The position numbers were made by a program, and so were the translations under genes. Under the pieces are notes generated by a model, which was given only the letters and a program-made list of their open reading frames with translations, was not told the origin of the DNA and did not search any database. A DNA stretch of 63,824 nucleotides, filler included, from Parasitella parasitica NRRL 2501 (Eukaryota; Fungi; Mucoromycota): the NCBI GenBank assembly GCA_025201805.1. It is 15 parts of 15 records of this genome, joined end to end, with 100 filler letters (N's around TTAATTAATTAA, not from the genome) between each part and the next. Parts side by side here need not be neighbours in the genome. Positions count along the whole stretch, not along the records: positions 12,861 to 39,957 come from MU619254.1; 14 more parts are not named here. One strand, written 5' to 3'. The stretch's first letter is position 1, and each line of letters begins with the position of its first letter. Below are positions 12,887 to 26,104 of the stretch, piece by piece.

Positions 12887-14478
12887 ATGGCACCTTCTAT
12901 TGCTGTTGCTGCTTCTGCGGTTGCACCTCCTGCAGAGTTGGTTGCCTCAGACACCACTAGTCAACAAACAAGGTGGCATCCCATCTTGTTTACAAATCAA
13001 AATATACCAGCCTTTTTACGAACACCGTATCAAACAGCATCACCATCACAGACCTTTCAACAAAAGAAAAAAAAGGCAAAAGAAGTTACATCAGTAGGGG
13101 GAACTACAGCTATTGCTCGAACATTAATGATGCAGGGCTTGTATTTATTCTATAGAACGCCAGTGAAGGTATATCTCTATTTCTCCATTTTTCATACATA
13201 TGCAATGTTTAACAATCACTTAGCTATTCCGACCTTTAAGAGTAGATTATCTGATAATGGCAAGGGCATTAATGCCTCTGGACGAAGTTTCATCCAAGCG
13301 ATTTTCATTTAGATACACTTCAATCGGTATGATTACACATGCTGTAAAAACGAAAGGGGTAAAATCAAACAAATACGACAGTAAAGGAATCATCCAACTA
13401 ATGCCGCTATGCAGTGGTCCTTCTTGCCTCGCCACGTTTTTCCGCCATTAATAGCCAACACTCTCATCGGAACCGTATTGTATACCACCTATATTGCAAC
13501 TTTGCCTATATTCCATCCACCTAGTCATTTCCAGTTACATCGACCCTTTCCACCTCCACCTTATTCCTCAGTATTCATGGCCGGTAATGTGACACTTGTC
13601 TCTGCTGATTCTCATCCACTCATATATGTTTAGGCTGTCTTGCTGGTGCAGCACAATCCATCATAGCAACACCTTTAGACTCTCTAAAAGTTCGATTCGA
13701 AGTAAGCGACTTGCTGGAGGGAAAGCATAGATCAATGCTTCACTTTGCTAAATCAACGTTAAAAGAATTGGGTATTGCTAGCGCGTATCGTGGATTTACA
13801 CTTACTTTGATCAGGGTAAGATGGAATAGCTGGAGCGGATGTGCTGAATCTAATTAATCCAACTAGGATTCATTGGCTTGTGGGTTGTTCTTTGCTACAT
13901 TTGAGTGGGTCAAACAGCAAGGATATTATTATTTCTTGGATGAAATGTATGGCCTACAAGTGGATTCAAGAAACACATTGAATGAAATCGAGAAAGGATG
14001 GAGCAAAGTACATAAAATGAATAAAGAGGATCAGCATCAAATCGTATCAGCTTCTGGTAAAGAGGCAGAAAGACCACCCTTGATGTTGGAACCATTGTTT
14101 GTCATTTTAGCGGGCGCCACAGCGGCAGTGGTAAGTTTTTACACTATACATATAAATTCCAACATGGGACTGATTGAATCATAACAGGCTTATCAAACAA
14201 TTGAACATCCTCTATCAAAAATTCATAGCATATTTTACATTGAAGAAGGACAATCCGAATTCACTAATAAATCAACTCGAGAACCAGTAAAGTATCTATA
14301 CCGCCGTACCTGGGAGCAATGCAAAACTCAGGTAAAGTTAAATGGAGGTAGTTGGAGAAGATTTTTATACCAAGAATTTGCAAGCACCGTCATTAGAGTT
14401 GTGCCAGCAACCAGCGTAGGATTTTTGGTTTTTGAACTAGTAAAGCGTGAAGTTGATTTCAGAAGTATCGACTTTTAG
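12887..14478 (+). CDS. Mitochondrial carrier (SLC25) family protein, multi-exon
   Basis: Spliced GT-AG exons give AGAAQSIIATPLDSLKVRF (PxDxxKxR), YRGFTLTLIRD..ACGLFFATFEWVK and VIRVVPATSVGFLVFELVK. Stop at 14476-14478. Confidence 0.85.
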
Positions 14479-14974
14479 CTCCATGTAATTAGATTTTGCT
14501 GAGACTCTACAACAGTCCATTGTTTCTGGTATTAAACGAACGGCGCCATACGCAAAATGGTATAATAAAGACTCTAAATTAGACATTAATAGCAACTGTA
14601 ATTTAAATTCACAAATACTCTGTATCTATTGATAACCATCAACATTTTGCTTACTTTCTCGACTAGCCGTCTTGTCGGTTACAAAGGGTAAATAACCTTA
14701 TCGATCATGAACCCCTCATTCCAATCATTGGAAACCCGATAAAAAGAAGGATCGTCTAAAATGGCCCTTTTTNNNNNNNNNNNNNNNNNNNNNNNNNNNN
14801 NNNNNNNNNNNNNNNNNNNNNNNNNNNNNNNNNNNNNNNNNNNNNNNNNNNNNNNNNNNNNNNNNNNNNNNNNNNNNNNNNNNNNNNNNNNNNNNNNNNN
14901 NNNNNNNNNNNNNNNNNNNNNNNNNNNNNNNNAAAAAAAAAAAAGCCAAAAAAAACTGACAGTTAGCAAACTAG

Positions 14975-17900
14975 ATTGGGTCAAAGATGCAATTCTTGAA
15001 AGATATCGTCAATCATCTGTACAAAATTCAAATATCAATGATAAATCATGGCGTGCTTGGTGGCATTTAACGTTCGAGTCAGCAGAATCTTGGATAGTTG
15101 TGCTGCTTGTTGGTAGAGTATAAAAGAAAAAACTTATGAGTACCTTTAATATTAAATGGATATATTTATATATATATATATATATATATAGGCGCAGCTA
15201 TTGGACTCATGTCAGCGCTAATCGCCATTGTAACAGACTGGCTGTCAGATATAAAATTAGGCTATTGCTCAAGTGCTTGGTGGTTGAACCAAAAGTTTTG
15301 TTGCTGGGAAATTGAGGATGGTATATAAAAAAAAAAAGAGCAATGTACGAATGCAACACAAATATTTAAACAGTTTTGTTAGGAACTGGAGGCTGTGATG
15401 ACTGGACTACATGGAGCGAATTTGTGCTGCTTGGGCCTAATGTCTACTTTATAAAATGGCTCTTTTATGTCATGTGGGCAGTAAGTGTCTGATTATATCC
15501 TTAGCATTGTGTGTTCATGGTTGGTTAGACTCTATTCGCCACAACTTGTGCGTACCTAGTTAAAAAATATGCGCCTTATGCTGCTGGATCCGGTATTTCA
15601 GAAATCAAATGTATAATTGGTAAGATCTGCAATCACTATTGGTTTGGCTGTATTCAACTTGTGTTATATAGCTGGATTTGTGATGAAAGGGTTTCTGGGT
15701 GGCTGGACACTAGTGATGAAGAGCATCGGCTTGGTAAAATACTAGAAAACAAAACAAAAAAAAAGATCTTGTGTAGCAATCAAGTTAAACCATCAAGTAG
15801 ACAATGGCTGTGGCCTCAAACCTATCTATTGGGAAAGAGGGACCTTCAGTGCACATGGCATGCTGTGTAGGTAATGTTATATCTCGGTGCTTCAACAGGT
15901 TCAAGACAAGTAAGGCTGAAATGAGAGAAATCTTAACCGCATCGAGTGCTGCTGGCGTTGCAGTTGCCTTTGGTTCGCCTATTGGCGGCGTATTGTTTGC
16001 ATTAGAAGAGATGAGCAATCATTTCCCAAATAGAACCATGTGGAAAAGCTTTTTCTGTGCCATGATTGCCACCATTGTGCTTCAGGTAAGTCTACAAACA
16101 AGAGAGACGCAGATATGATTGAAATGAATTACAGTGATTTTGATACTAGGCCATGAATCCGTTTAGAACTGGCAAATTGGTCATGTTTCAAGTAAGTTAC
16201 GACAGAGAATGGCATTTCTTTGAATATCTATTCGTGTTGGTTATTGGGCTGTTTGGCGTAAGTATCGAAGTCTATCCAAGGTTATACAAAATTGACACTT
16301 TGTAGGGTTTGTATGGCGCCTTGGTGATCAAATACAATTTGATTGTTGCTCAATTCAGAAAGAACGCCCTAAAGAACTACCCTATTGCGGAAGCTTCTAT
16401 TCTTGCATTTGTCACAGCTATCCTTGCTTATCCCAATGTGTTTTTAAGAATTGATATGACTGAGATTATGGGTATTCTGTTCAGGGAATGCGAGGGCGCA
16501 GGAACCGAGAATTACTATGGTCTTTGCGAGTAAGCAAATAGGAATGTTTTCCTTTATAGATGAATGCACTAACTTGATGAATCCACAGTAAAAGCGAAAC
16601 TACCCGTATGGTCTTGCTGCTATTTTTGGCCACAGCGCTTCGATGCTTTGGTACTATTATGTCCTATGGCGCTAGAGTTCCTTGTGGTATTTTTGTTCCT
16701 TCTATGGCTATTGGCGCTACTTTTGGGAGAATGATTGGTTTGCTAGTGAAATCTTGGCATGAGTAGGCTATTTTTTTTTTTTTTTTTTTTGGATAGGCAA
16801 AACTCGGTTATTAATAGCGTGGCTACATAGATCTGATCCCGAGTTCTTTCTATTTGCATCCTGTCGACCAGACATGCCAGTAAGATCTGCTTCAACAAAT
16901 GTTTACAATAGTATTGGTAACTGATGATTTACAGTGTATTACGCCTGGCACCTATGCGTTTCTTGGCGCAGCCGCAGCATTATGGTAGGATATGGCACAA
17001 AGCTAAATAGACATCATTAACAATTGTTTTCTATTCTGCAACTAGTGGCGTAATGAGAATTACAGGTAGCTTTGAATGCTGGATGTGGTGTATTATGCTA
17101 ATATCTTGCTGCTAGTATCTGTCGTGGTAATCATGTTTGAACTGACAGGCCAAATCACTTATATCTTGCCCACTATGGTAAGTGAAATATATATATATAT
17201 TTATATGTATATATATATACTCCAGTGTATTGCTTATATCCAGAAAACTATTAGATTGCTTTAATGATTACACGTGCTGTTGGTGGATGGTTTGGATCTG
17301 GTGGCATTGCTGACCGTTATATTCGATTGAACGGATATCCCATTTTGGATAACGACGAGAAGGTATTCAATGTGCCAGGTAAGATATCCACCAAACATAT
17401 GCATACTTCAATGAGATTTGACCCTCAAAAACAGTTTCGCATGTCATGCAGAAAAACATGACATTAATGACGGCAGCTGAGATGACATTCAAAGATATCG
17501 GTAATGACCTATTTCGATAAGAAGTCAAAGAGTAAAAAGCTTACAATACATATGCAATAGAGGATATCTTGGAAAACACAAATTTCCAAGGCTTCCCGGT
17601 TGTGGAGGATTCCAAGTCAATGGTCCTGATCGGATACATTGGTCGCTCTGAACTAATATATCTCATTGGTAAGCAGCTTCTAAAAAAAAAAGATAATATA
17701 ATCACTCAACGTTCGGCCACAACATAGAAAAAGCAAAAGTTAACAAAAAGGCTCACGACGACACCGTATGTCGATTTACACCTGATGGCGAGGAACCTGA
17801 AATTCTCACAAACCTTGGCCTGGATGAAGGCGATGATATAAACGATACAAACAGAGACTTGAGAGGCTCTTCTGATGTACTGGATTTTGGCGCATATATG

Positions 17901-18242
17901 GATCAAACACCAATCACGGTACATCCAAAGCTTTACCTAGAAACAGTGATGGATATGTTTAAACAGCTAGGGCCCCGTGTTGTATTACTAGAAGAGCGAG
18001 GCCGATTGAGAGGATTGGTGACAGTAAAAGACGTGCTTAAATATGAAGCACGCATGGACAGTGCAGACTCACCTTCCAGTATACATTATTCTAGAGAATG
18101 CGGTGGTGTATTTGACAGGCTTTCTTCTTGGCTTACACCAAGAGACCGTTCACGCAGATCAGCACAGCAAGAATACACACAATTGCAAAATAGAAGCTCT
18201 TTAGAAGTAAATGAGTCTCATGAACTTGATGGTAGACTCTAA
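14975..18242 (+). CDS. CLC chloride channel / Cl-/H+ exchanger (Gef1/ClC-3-like); 5' end lost in or before the gap at 14773-14932
   Basis: Motifs [42 protein letters not shown] and two CBS domains. Many short introns and micro-exons. Confidence 0.93.
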
Positions 18243-18440
18243 TTATGAATTATCAACAAACTGTATGCTTTATACCATTTAGCGTTCTGTAATAGGCTGG
18301 TGCCTGAAAATTACCATGTTCTAAATATAGCAATAATAGGAGACCCAGCGTTATTTTGCTATAAATCTCGAGTAACATTTCATTATTTTTTCCCTTTTAC
18401 TTTGATTATTTATTGTATAAATAATAATAATAAAAAAAAA

Positions 18441-18919
18441 ATGTTTTGGAAAAAGAAGGAAAAGAAAGAAGAGTCAACTAATCCGTTCGACTCTGGCAGT
18501 CAGCCATCTTCCCCTGCTCCATCTTACTCTCCTGCTCCTTCCTATACTTCTGCTGCTCCCCAACAGCACGATACCCCTTCTGGTGCGAGATATGGCCGTT
18601 ATAACAATCCCACCAATGATGCAGATCAGAGAAATGAACTCTTTGGTGGACAAAACGAGACCCAGAATTCCTATAATGGCCGAGGTAATTATGGAGGTAA
18701 TAGCAGGCCTGGTCGAGGAAATCTGTATGGGAATGGTGATGTTGATGACGATGAGGTTGATGAAGAAGTGGTTGTTGCTGGTATGAAGCAGCAAATCAAA
18801 AATGTCAAGCAAGATTCATTAGCAAGTACTCGTGCCGCACTTCAAAAATTGAACGAAACACAAGGAACTGCTGCCAATACAATGAACATGCTTGGCCAGC
18901 AATCATGTAAGTAAACTAA

Positions 18920-18951
<32 letters not shown>

Positions 18952-19526
18952 GGGTGCCTGCAGTGTAACTGAACGAAACGCTATTTTTAGCTCAAATTGC
19001 CAACGTCAACAGGCATTTAGATATGTCTAAAGCTTACTCTGACAAGGCATCTGACCAAGCAGAAGAGTTGAGACAACTGAATAGATCCATCTTTATCCCT
19101 GTTGTCAGTAATCCATTTGGCAGAAAAGAAAAAAAAAGACGTGAGCTAGAAAGCAGGGAAAAGGACCATGCAGAGCATATGGCAGAGCGTGATAATATTC
19201 GCAAATTTGAATATGAATCAAATGCTCGTGTCCAAGAGGCTACTCGTGCAAACACTCGTCAGTCTTCAGGGCGAAGCGGCCGCTCTGAATCAGATCGCCG
19301 CAGATACCAGTTTGAGGCAGACTCCGAGGACGATGCAGTTGAGGATGAGATAGACGAGAATTTGGATCTTATGTCTGGTGCTATGAGCGGTCTCAAGAAC
19401 ATGGCCTTGGCAATGAATTCTGAGCTGGACAGTCAGAATGAAGCATTAAAGAAAACTATCAACAAGGTGGACCCTTTAAGCAAAAAGTTAATGGCAACCA
19501 CAGATAAGCTAAACAGAACAAAGTAA
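18441..19526 (+). CDS. SEC9: Sec9/SNAP-25-type Qbc-SNARE
   Basis: Motifs KQDSLASTRAAL, LGQQS|QIANV, LRQLNRSIFIP, RRRYQFEADSEDDAVEDEIDENLD and ELDSQN. One intron at 18908-18990. Confidence 0.92.
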
Positions 19527-19637
19527 TTTACTTGATAAAAGAATGCTCGTGTTGATAAATTCATTTTTTTTTTGTTCTCCTTATTGAATGTATCCACTTT
19601 TTGCAGTTTATTTCATCTCGATATAAAAAGCCTTTTA

Positions 19638-22600
19638 CTACTGGCTAAATAATTCAACTTGAAATACAGGCTTAGCAACCTTCAGGTCGACAACGATGCT
19701 GATATAAACACTAGACAGGAACTTTAACGTCTGTTTTGCCTCATCATTATATCCGGCATCGTCGGGCCAAACAATGTCCATCTCATTCAGAATGGGATCA
19801 TAAGCATGATGCCCGCCAGGCAAAGACTGATCGTTCACAATGACCGACAGCTCTATATCATACTCAGGGACATATAATAACAGGGCGTCTGCACTCATCT
19901 TGATTACAAACGATTTTACTGTTATCTTTTTGACCTCTAGATTCAAGCATTGACGATAGATATACGCAGCAGTATAGAGTCTCTTGCTTTCTTGCTCGGC
20001 TGCAGATTTGAGCATTTGGGAAGAGTTGCAATGACGAGCAGTTTTGTCGATCAAGTCAAAGTTCTCGCTATTTTGACCTTCACCCTTTAACGCAGCACTC
20101 AATTGCCTTTGAACATGAATTGATGCGTAATTTCGGATGGGCTCAGTGAATACAGTATAGATAGACGCGCCGGAGCCAGCATGGCGAAACTTTGAAATAT
20201 CAACAGAACCGGCACTGTAGTATCTTTCGGGCGGAATCGCTTTGTGAATGATATGGACAAGTGTTTCCTGCTTTTCAGTTGATGTCTCCTTCTCATGAAC
20301 CAAGTCCAACAAGCCTTTGATTGAATTCGAGTTGGCTGCGTTGTCGAAATAATCCTGGACATTGCTCTATGTATGTATTAATAGAAAAGGTGAGTACAGC
20401 GTTATGCCTATTTTTCAGTTTTAAAACGTGCATTGTTGCTTACCAAAGTTGATAGTTTGGGTGGCTCCTGTCTGCACAGCAAAGCTTGATCTGGGAACCG
20501 ACTCGATATCTTCTGTGCTACTTCTACATTAGCCAATATCAAGAGTTCTTGAAGTAGAACATCGTCATTGGTTTGATTGACTCGGTCAATCTCTTGAGGG
20601 TAGCCGCTCTCTGCCAATTTGAACGATACAGACGATCGTGCAGGACCCACTTCATCTAATCCATCCAAGCGATTTTTTTGCAGTTTTTTACACAGTTTCA
20701 AAATAATCTTTGCCTCGTTTGTCAAGGCATTGAGCTCAACATGCTGTTTTGATTCGACGATTGTTTTGCCTATCCAAGCATTTAATAGTACGCCATTCTC
20801 CGTAAAACGACACAGGACTGAATACGATAGCCTTTGTTTGCCAACACCAAAAGTGCAATGCGACTGAATGAATGACTCGGGGAGGATTGGTAACTTTTTG
20901 TCTACTAACTTCACTGCGCAGCATCGCTCTCGGGCTTCACGATCCAGCGGCGTATCGGCACGAACACAGGCGGCAACGTCAGGTATATGGATCCCAATTT
21001 CGTAAATGCCCTTTCCGGCAGTAGAGGTAACTGAAAAGGCGTACTCCAGGTCTACATTTTTCAAGAAAGAGAAAGAGTGTGTGTGTGTGTGTGTGCGTGT
21101 ATTTTTTTTTTTTTCTACGCGGCATACATACCTTGGCTTGCATCTCCTAATGTAAAAATTTCGACATGTTCTCGAGACAAATCAAAGCGACTTTTCCTCT
21201 CTTCATTTGAAATCTTGGTAGGAACAGAAGCAGCTGCTTTGCAAACTTGCTCTGAAAACTCGACGTCTTTGATGTGATGGTCCGCCATCAGCACGCCCGA
21301 ATGAACGCCTAATTCCCCTACCCATCCAATCTCTTTTTCTATAAATCCAAACGGATGCAGTGACGTTACCGGCCAACGCTGGATTTGACCCTACAAAATA
21401 TAAAGCATGAGTGCGCTTTGTAGGCGTGATAAATTGCTAGTTGATGTACACATTTACCAGGAAGATTCTGTTTTTATATTCCTCGTGATACTTGGTAAAG
21501 TCTGCTGGTGCGTTTTTGATAGGCACGGCAACCAGAGGGAGCCGTTTTTCAACAGGAATGAACCAAATGATTTTTGGGCTTTGCGTCTCCTTTTTATCAC
21601 GGCTGCCGTTATCCAGCGTCATGGCATGAGGCCGATACAATGCAAGCGTTCTATAATTTGTGTGTGTGTGTGTGAGGTGGTGGTGGGGGGGGGGAAAGAA
21701 GTGCTGGTTACTACAATGAATCAAACAATATATGTATATATATATATATATATAGCATTGGACGTTACCCTGAAAACAACATGTTCTTTGGTCTCTCAAG
21801 AACACACACTACCCTGCCGCAGTACTTGGGTCTTGCGCCCATTTCGGATGCAGCATCCAAAAACACATTATTGTCTTCCGGGATGGACGATAATCCGCCA
21901 TTCGAGGTGAGCGACGGAGGGCCATTCAGAGACATGGCCGACAGTCTCCTCGTATAGCGAACCTGTCTCTTGGTCAGCTTTTCATTCATCATTTCGTCGA
22001 CGCTAACCAATTCAACTGCGACTTGATCGCCATTCAAAGCTCTGTTTCTGTTCTTTGACCCAAATATGTAGATGGAGGCATCCAATTCTTCACATTCGAC
22101 ATTTGCTTCTGAGCTATCTTGCAAGTCTACTTTGAGAATGCCTGAATACAATGAATGCGACCGGACTGCAGCCGCTGCTTCAGAGACATTCCAATGCGCA
22201 GGATACAGCAGTTTTCTACTACTGTTCAAAGCACCCTCATGCTGCACATGTTTCTGGTTGGCCACCGCATTCGGCACTATAACGAATCAAATATTTGTTA
22301 TTTGTACGCCTATTTATGCTCAAATTACTAGCGGTGGGTACCTGATTGACTTCGTGTTCTTTTAGGAGGTGTATTCCACAGTGACACGCGTAACTCATTC
22401 TTACTCTCACTATCCTCCTCTTCTTCTAATGGCAGGAAAGAGTTAAAAAAGATTGACTCACCGAGCCTTTGCTGCTGCTGCTGCTGCTGCTGTCCGTTTC
22501 TTTTGCTCCCATGATGATCCAGCTGCTGTTGCTGCCGTCCCATCTTTTGCGGTGGTTCGGAATGTCTACGCACTCGACTCCAAGGACTCTGGTCTGCATG

Positions 22601-23117
22601 TGCAACCAGCGCAGTGGGCGATCCATCATCAGCAGTGTCTTCAGTGTTCGAGGTGATGGTTATCGAAGGCAATCTTTTCATTTCGCCAATGATGTCCACA
22701 AGCGATTGAAAAGCAGGCGACCCATCAGAAATACTAGGCTTGTGCTTTTGCTTGAATCTGTCAGCAGCACTTGAGCTTCTGCGTCTATGTCTGTTGTCGT
22801 CGCTGCTACTGCGATCAGCTGCAGTGAAGAACGGATCGCTTTCCGCAGATGGTTGCGCCTGCTCCTCCTGTCCTTCTTGGGCAGCTGCTGATGACCTTCT
22901 TCGGCTACCTCTTCGCCTCCTTCTGCTGTTGGGGCTTTTTCTTTGCTCTGGTTCAAGACGCATGTCGTCTGCTCCTGATAATTGATTGGCATTCTCAACG
23001 GCCAACGGATGCTACATGTGCAAAATTTAAAGAGTGAGTGCCCCTTTTGCATTGGCCGACATTCAGACTTACGTGCAAGTGGTTTATCTCGTGAATTTGA
23101 ACTTGTCCCCTTTGCAT
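19638..23117 (-). CDS. Dis3L2/Ssd1-like RNB-domain protein, probably catalytically inactive
   Basis: Cold-shock domains (IYIFGSKNRNRALNGDQVAVEL; IWFIPVEKRLP; WPVTSLHPFG), RNB domain (IGIHIPDV, LDREARER, LLILANVEVA, FTEPIRNY), S1-like C-terminus and low-complexity N-terminus. Confidence 0.88.
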
Positions 23118-23163
23118 TTCAATTGTATGTATTATGCAAGCAAAAGAGAAGGAAATGATACTC

Positions 23164-23218
<55 letters not shown>

Positions 23219-23681
23219 CCGAAGAGTCACGACGTAACAATGCACTTGGTAATAATGGTAATGTTTAATCTCCCTCGCATGAAATTATGCGCCATATTGT
23301 GCGAGCTTATTTACGGTTATTTGAGACTCTGAAATAAAAGGGGGGCGGAGGCGGGCGGGAGGGGCACTGCTGCCAAACAAGTGATAAATTACGAACTGTA
23401 CATCTCTAAATGAGTTGCTTTGAACCACGACAAATTTGAGTGATTATTATGTAGGAAGAAATCTCCCTTTCAATGCCCAAAGCCCAGCCCATCCTGTAAG
23501 CCGACTGCAAATGCCTATTGAAACAAAGAGCATGCGTATAAAAAGAGAAACGACAAAGGCGCTTTTAGCAATAATGATAAAGATATGGCAAAAGATGGAA
23601 GGTGAATTTTATATACGATATGTGTGTGATAAGGGCTAAAGACAGTAAAGAGGGCGAGAGGGACAACTATTTTATAATGGA

Positions 23682-23734
23682 TTAGAATGTGGTGAATTTA
23701 CCATCTGGCTGAGCTAGATGTTGCTGCTGTTGTC

Positions 23735-23775
<41 letters not shown>

Positions 23776-26104
23776 GTGTGGTGGGCTGGCAATGCAGGTA
23801 TAGCAAAGACGTGTTCATACTTGATTTTGGGAGACAATGACGATGTTGGTGTCTTTGGTGATGTGGGAGCAGAGGTTGGTGATTTAAGTCCATCTTCAGC
23901 TACTCCTGTTGCTGCCGCCGCCGCTGCTGCCTTGGCTTCTTTGGCAGCTTCTTTGGCTTCCTTTGCTTCCTTTGCTGCTGTTTGCTTCGCCGCTAGAGCT
24001 GCTGCTTTTTGGGCTTTCTTTTTCTCTTCCCTTTCACGCTTTTCTTCGGCGGCGCGCTTTTTCTTATCAAGTGCTTCTTGTTTCTTGGCTTCAGCTTGTG
24101 CCTTCATGTCTAGACGAACAGAAAGAAATCAGAATAACAAGATAAAAATATGAGCATTTTACAAATACCATCCTGTGCTTTTTTTAACGCCGTAGCAGTA
24201 TTTTGTTCAATGGCAGTTGCAGCGTTAAAGTCAAGCATTTGCGTCTTTTGAACTCTTTGCAGGCCTCTGGGCAGATTGCTTCCTGACACTTATGAAAAGA
24301 GTTGGGCAGATTAATAAATCTGAATCTATCTTCTACAGAAAAAAAAAACAAACTTACTTGAATTGGTTGTGCTGGATCTTTGCATAGGTCTTTGACCTGA
24401 CGCTGGTTTGTTGGATTTAATGAAAAGTCCACCTCCACCTCCACTAGCACCAGCACCACCAGAAGCAGGCCTTGTAGGTCTAGCAGGACGTTTGGTGAAC
24501 AACGATGACGAGTTACTAGCAGCATTGGCGCCAACTGATCCCATAGATAAGCTCCTAGGGGGAGCGACACCCGGTCTTCCAGAGCCAGGAAGAGCAATTG
24601 AGTTGTTTACAAGACTATTACGATGCGGCGGAAATGGAAAGGGATTTGGCGTGGAGGATGTGGGAGAGGCGACACGCTTTGCCTTGCTACTTAATTCTGC
24701 ACCTGCTCTCTTTTGTGCCACGGCTTGAGCTTGTTGTGCTTCTGCCAGTTCGGAACGCTCTTCTGATTCAATCAACTCGCTGAAACGAGCATGTCTTGAT
24801 TCTTTGGAGATAATATCATTAGCGTTTGTTGTTAATGTAAAGTGCTGAGCATTTGTTGATTTGTAATCAGCAAAAGTCGATGAAGCATGTCGAGGCGTAA
24901 TTCTTGCGTTATGTTGTAATAACATGTCTTCAGGCGAATGAAAGTTGATGCCAGTTTTTTCCACTACGAAATATTCATGTTAATTGACTATTTTCGCATG
25001 TCTACTTTTGAACTTACCAGTAGAGCCTATGCTTTGCAAGAGAGTTCTAAAGTCGTGAGACCATTCATCGACGTTTAAATCAAAGAATTGAGATTTTGGA
25101 TAATCCTTGAGAATATGAGCAGTCGTTTGTACAAAGTCATCCGAGTCATGCAAAGAGATTTCGATAATCTAATAAAAAGATATAATTTGTTAGTTTGATG
25201 TTTGTCGGGTGAATCTCCTTGTGAAATGTATCTGTGGTTTGATGTGTCATGAAAATGCAGAAACTCGAGCGCTTCATTCTCAAACACGCAACTCCTACAT
25301 GGAGTTCTGTGCTTGATCGGAAGTTGTCTATCCTTTCCTCCCTCACTATTTTCAAACGAAGCCACATAGAATATAATAATTGATAGCAAATAGATATATT
25401 TTTTTTTTAAAGTTTTTACTGTGAAGACAAAAATGATAAAAACTCTAAACTACAATACAAATATTTTGTTTACCCATTAAACCAACACCATCCCTCTGGA
25501 TTTTGCAGGCAAAATCACCACTCAAGACGACCACGCACGGAAATTAAATATCCGTTGATGTTTGTATTTTTTTTTTTTCTTTGCTGCATCGAAAAGAAAT
25601 TTGACAATGCAACAAGTAAAACAACAAAATCTCATCGTTTGATGCACGAAATTATCAACATATTGGAGCTTTGTATAAGAGAAAAAGGAATTCATGCTTA
25701 TATTCATGCTCCAATACCAATGAATACATGATTATAAACAGAAACCCAATTTTCACCTCCATATATTGTTAATTCGCAGTAAAACCTGATAGACTCACAA
25801 CACACAATGGGACAGCAAACATCATTTCACAACGTTCAGGAGCAAAAAAGGAGAATTAAAAAAGAGACGTTACCTTATTCAGATTATCACCAAGCAACAT
25901 CAAGTCGCCTTTCCTCATACACATTGTCGCCAATAACACTCCTTGCTTTACCCTACTGTCAAATTGGCTAAAGAAAGGTGTGATCATTGTGACAACATCC
26001 TCAGTTAAGCCTTTCGCAATTGAAGCGCTATTCCAGCCAGGCGAGCTGACCTCGGCTGTCAGCCATGAGCGAATCCCTTCAGCAGTGTTTCTTTCGTAAG
26101 CCAT
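23682..26104 (-). CDS. NELFA: Negative elongation factor A (NELF-A) homologue, multi-exon
   Basis: Spliced N-terminus WLTAEVSSPGWNSASIAKGLTEDVV..F..FDSRVKQGVLLA...IIEISLHDSDDFVQTTAHILKDYP..FFDLN...QHFTL aligns by eye with the animal NELF-A N-terminal domain (WL...W...SIASLLT...F..LSSAVKLKLLLG...IIQLASLDSDPWV..VADILKSFP...HFQL). 3' end is uncertain. Confidence 0.8.

Noticed and set aside
23167-23218. 52-nt poly(T), plus intronic (CA)n/(TA)n microsatellites
   Set aside because: Common in this genome, and homopolymer lengths are unreliable.
25220-25380. snR30/U17, RNase P/MRP, TPP riboswitch or telomerase RNA identity for the NELF-A intron
   Set aside because: ATATTCTA and AAACCAC only approximate the snR30 m1/m2 motifs and are wrongly spaced. 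There is no RNase P CR-I, no TPP core, and no convincing template for TTAGGG or TTGTGG.
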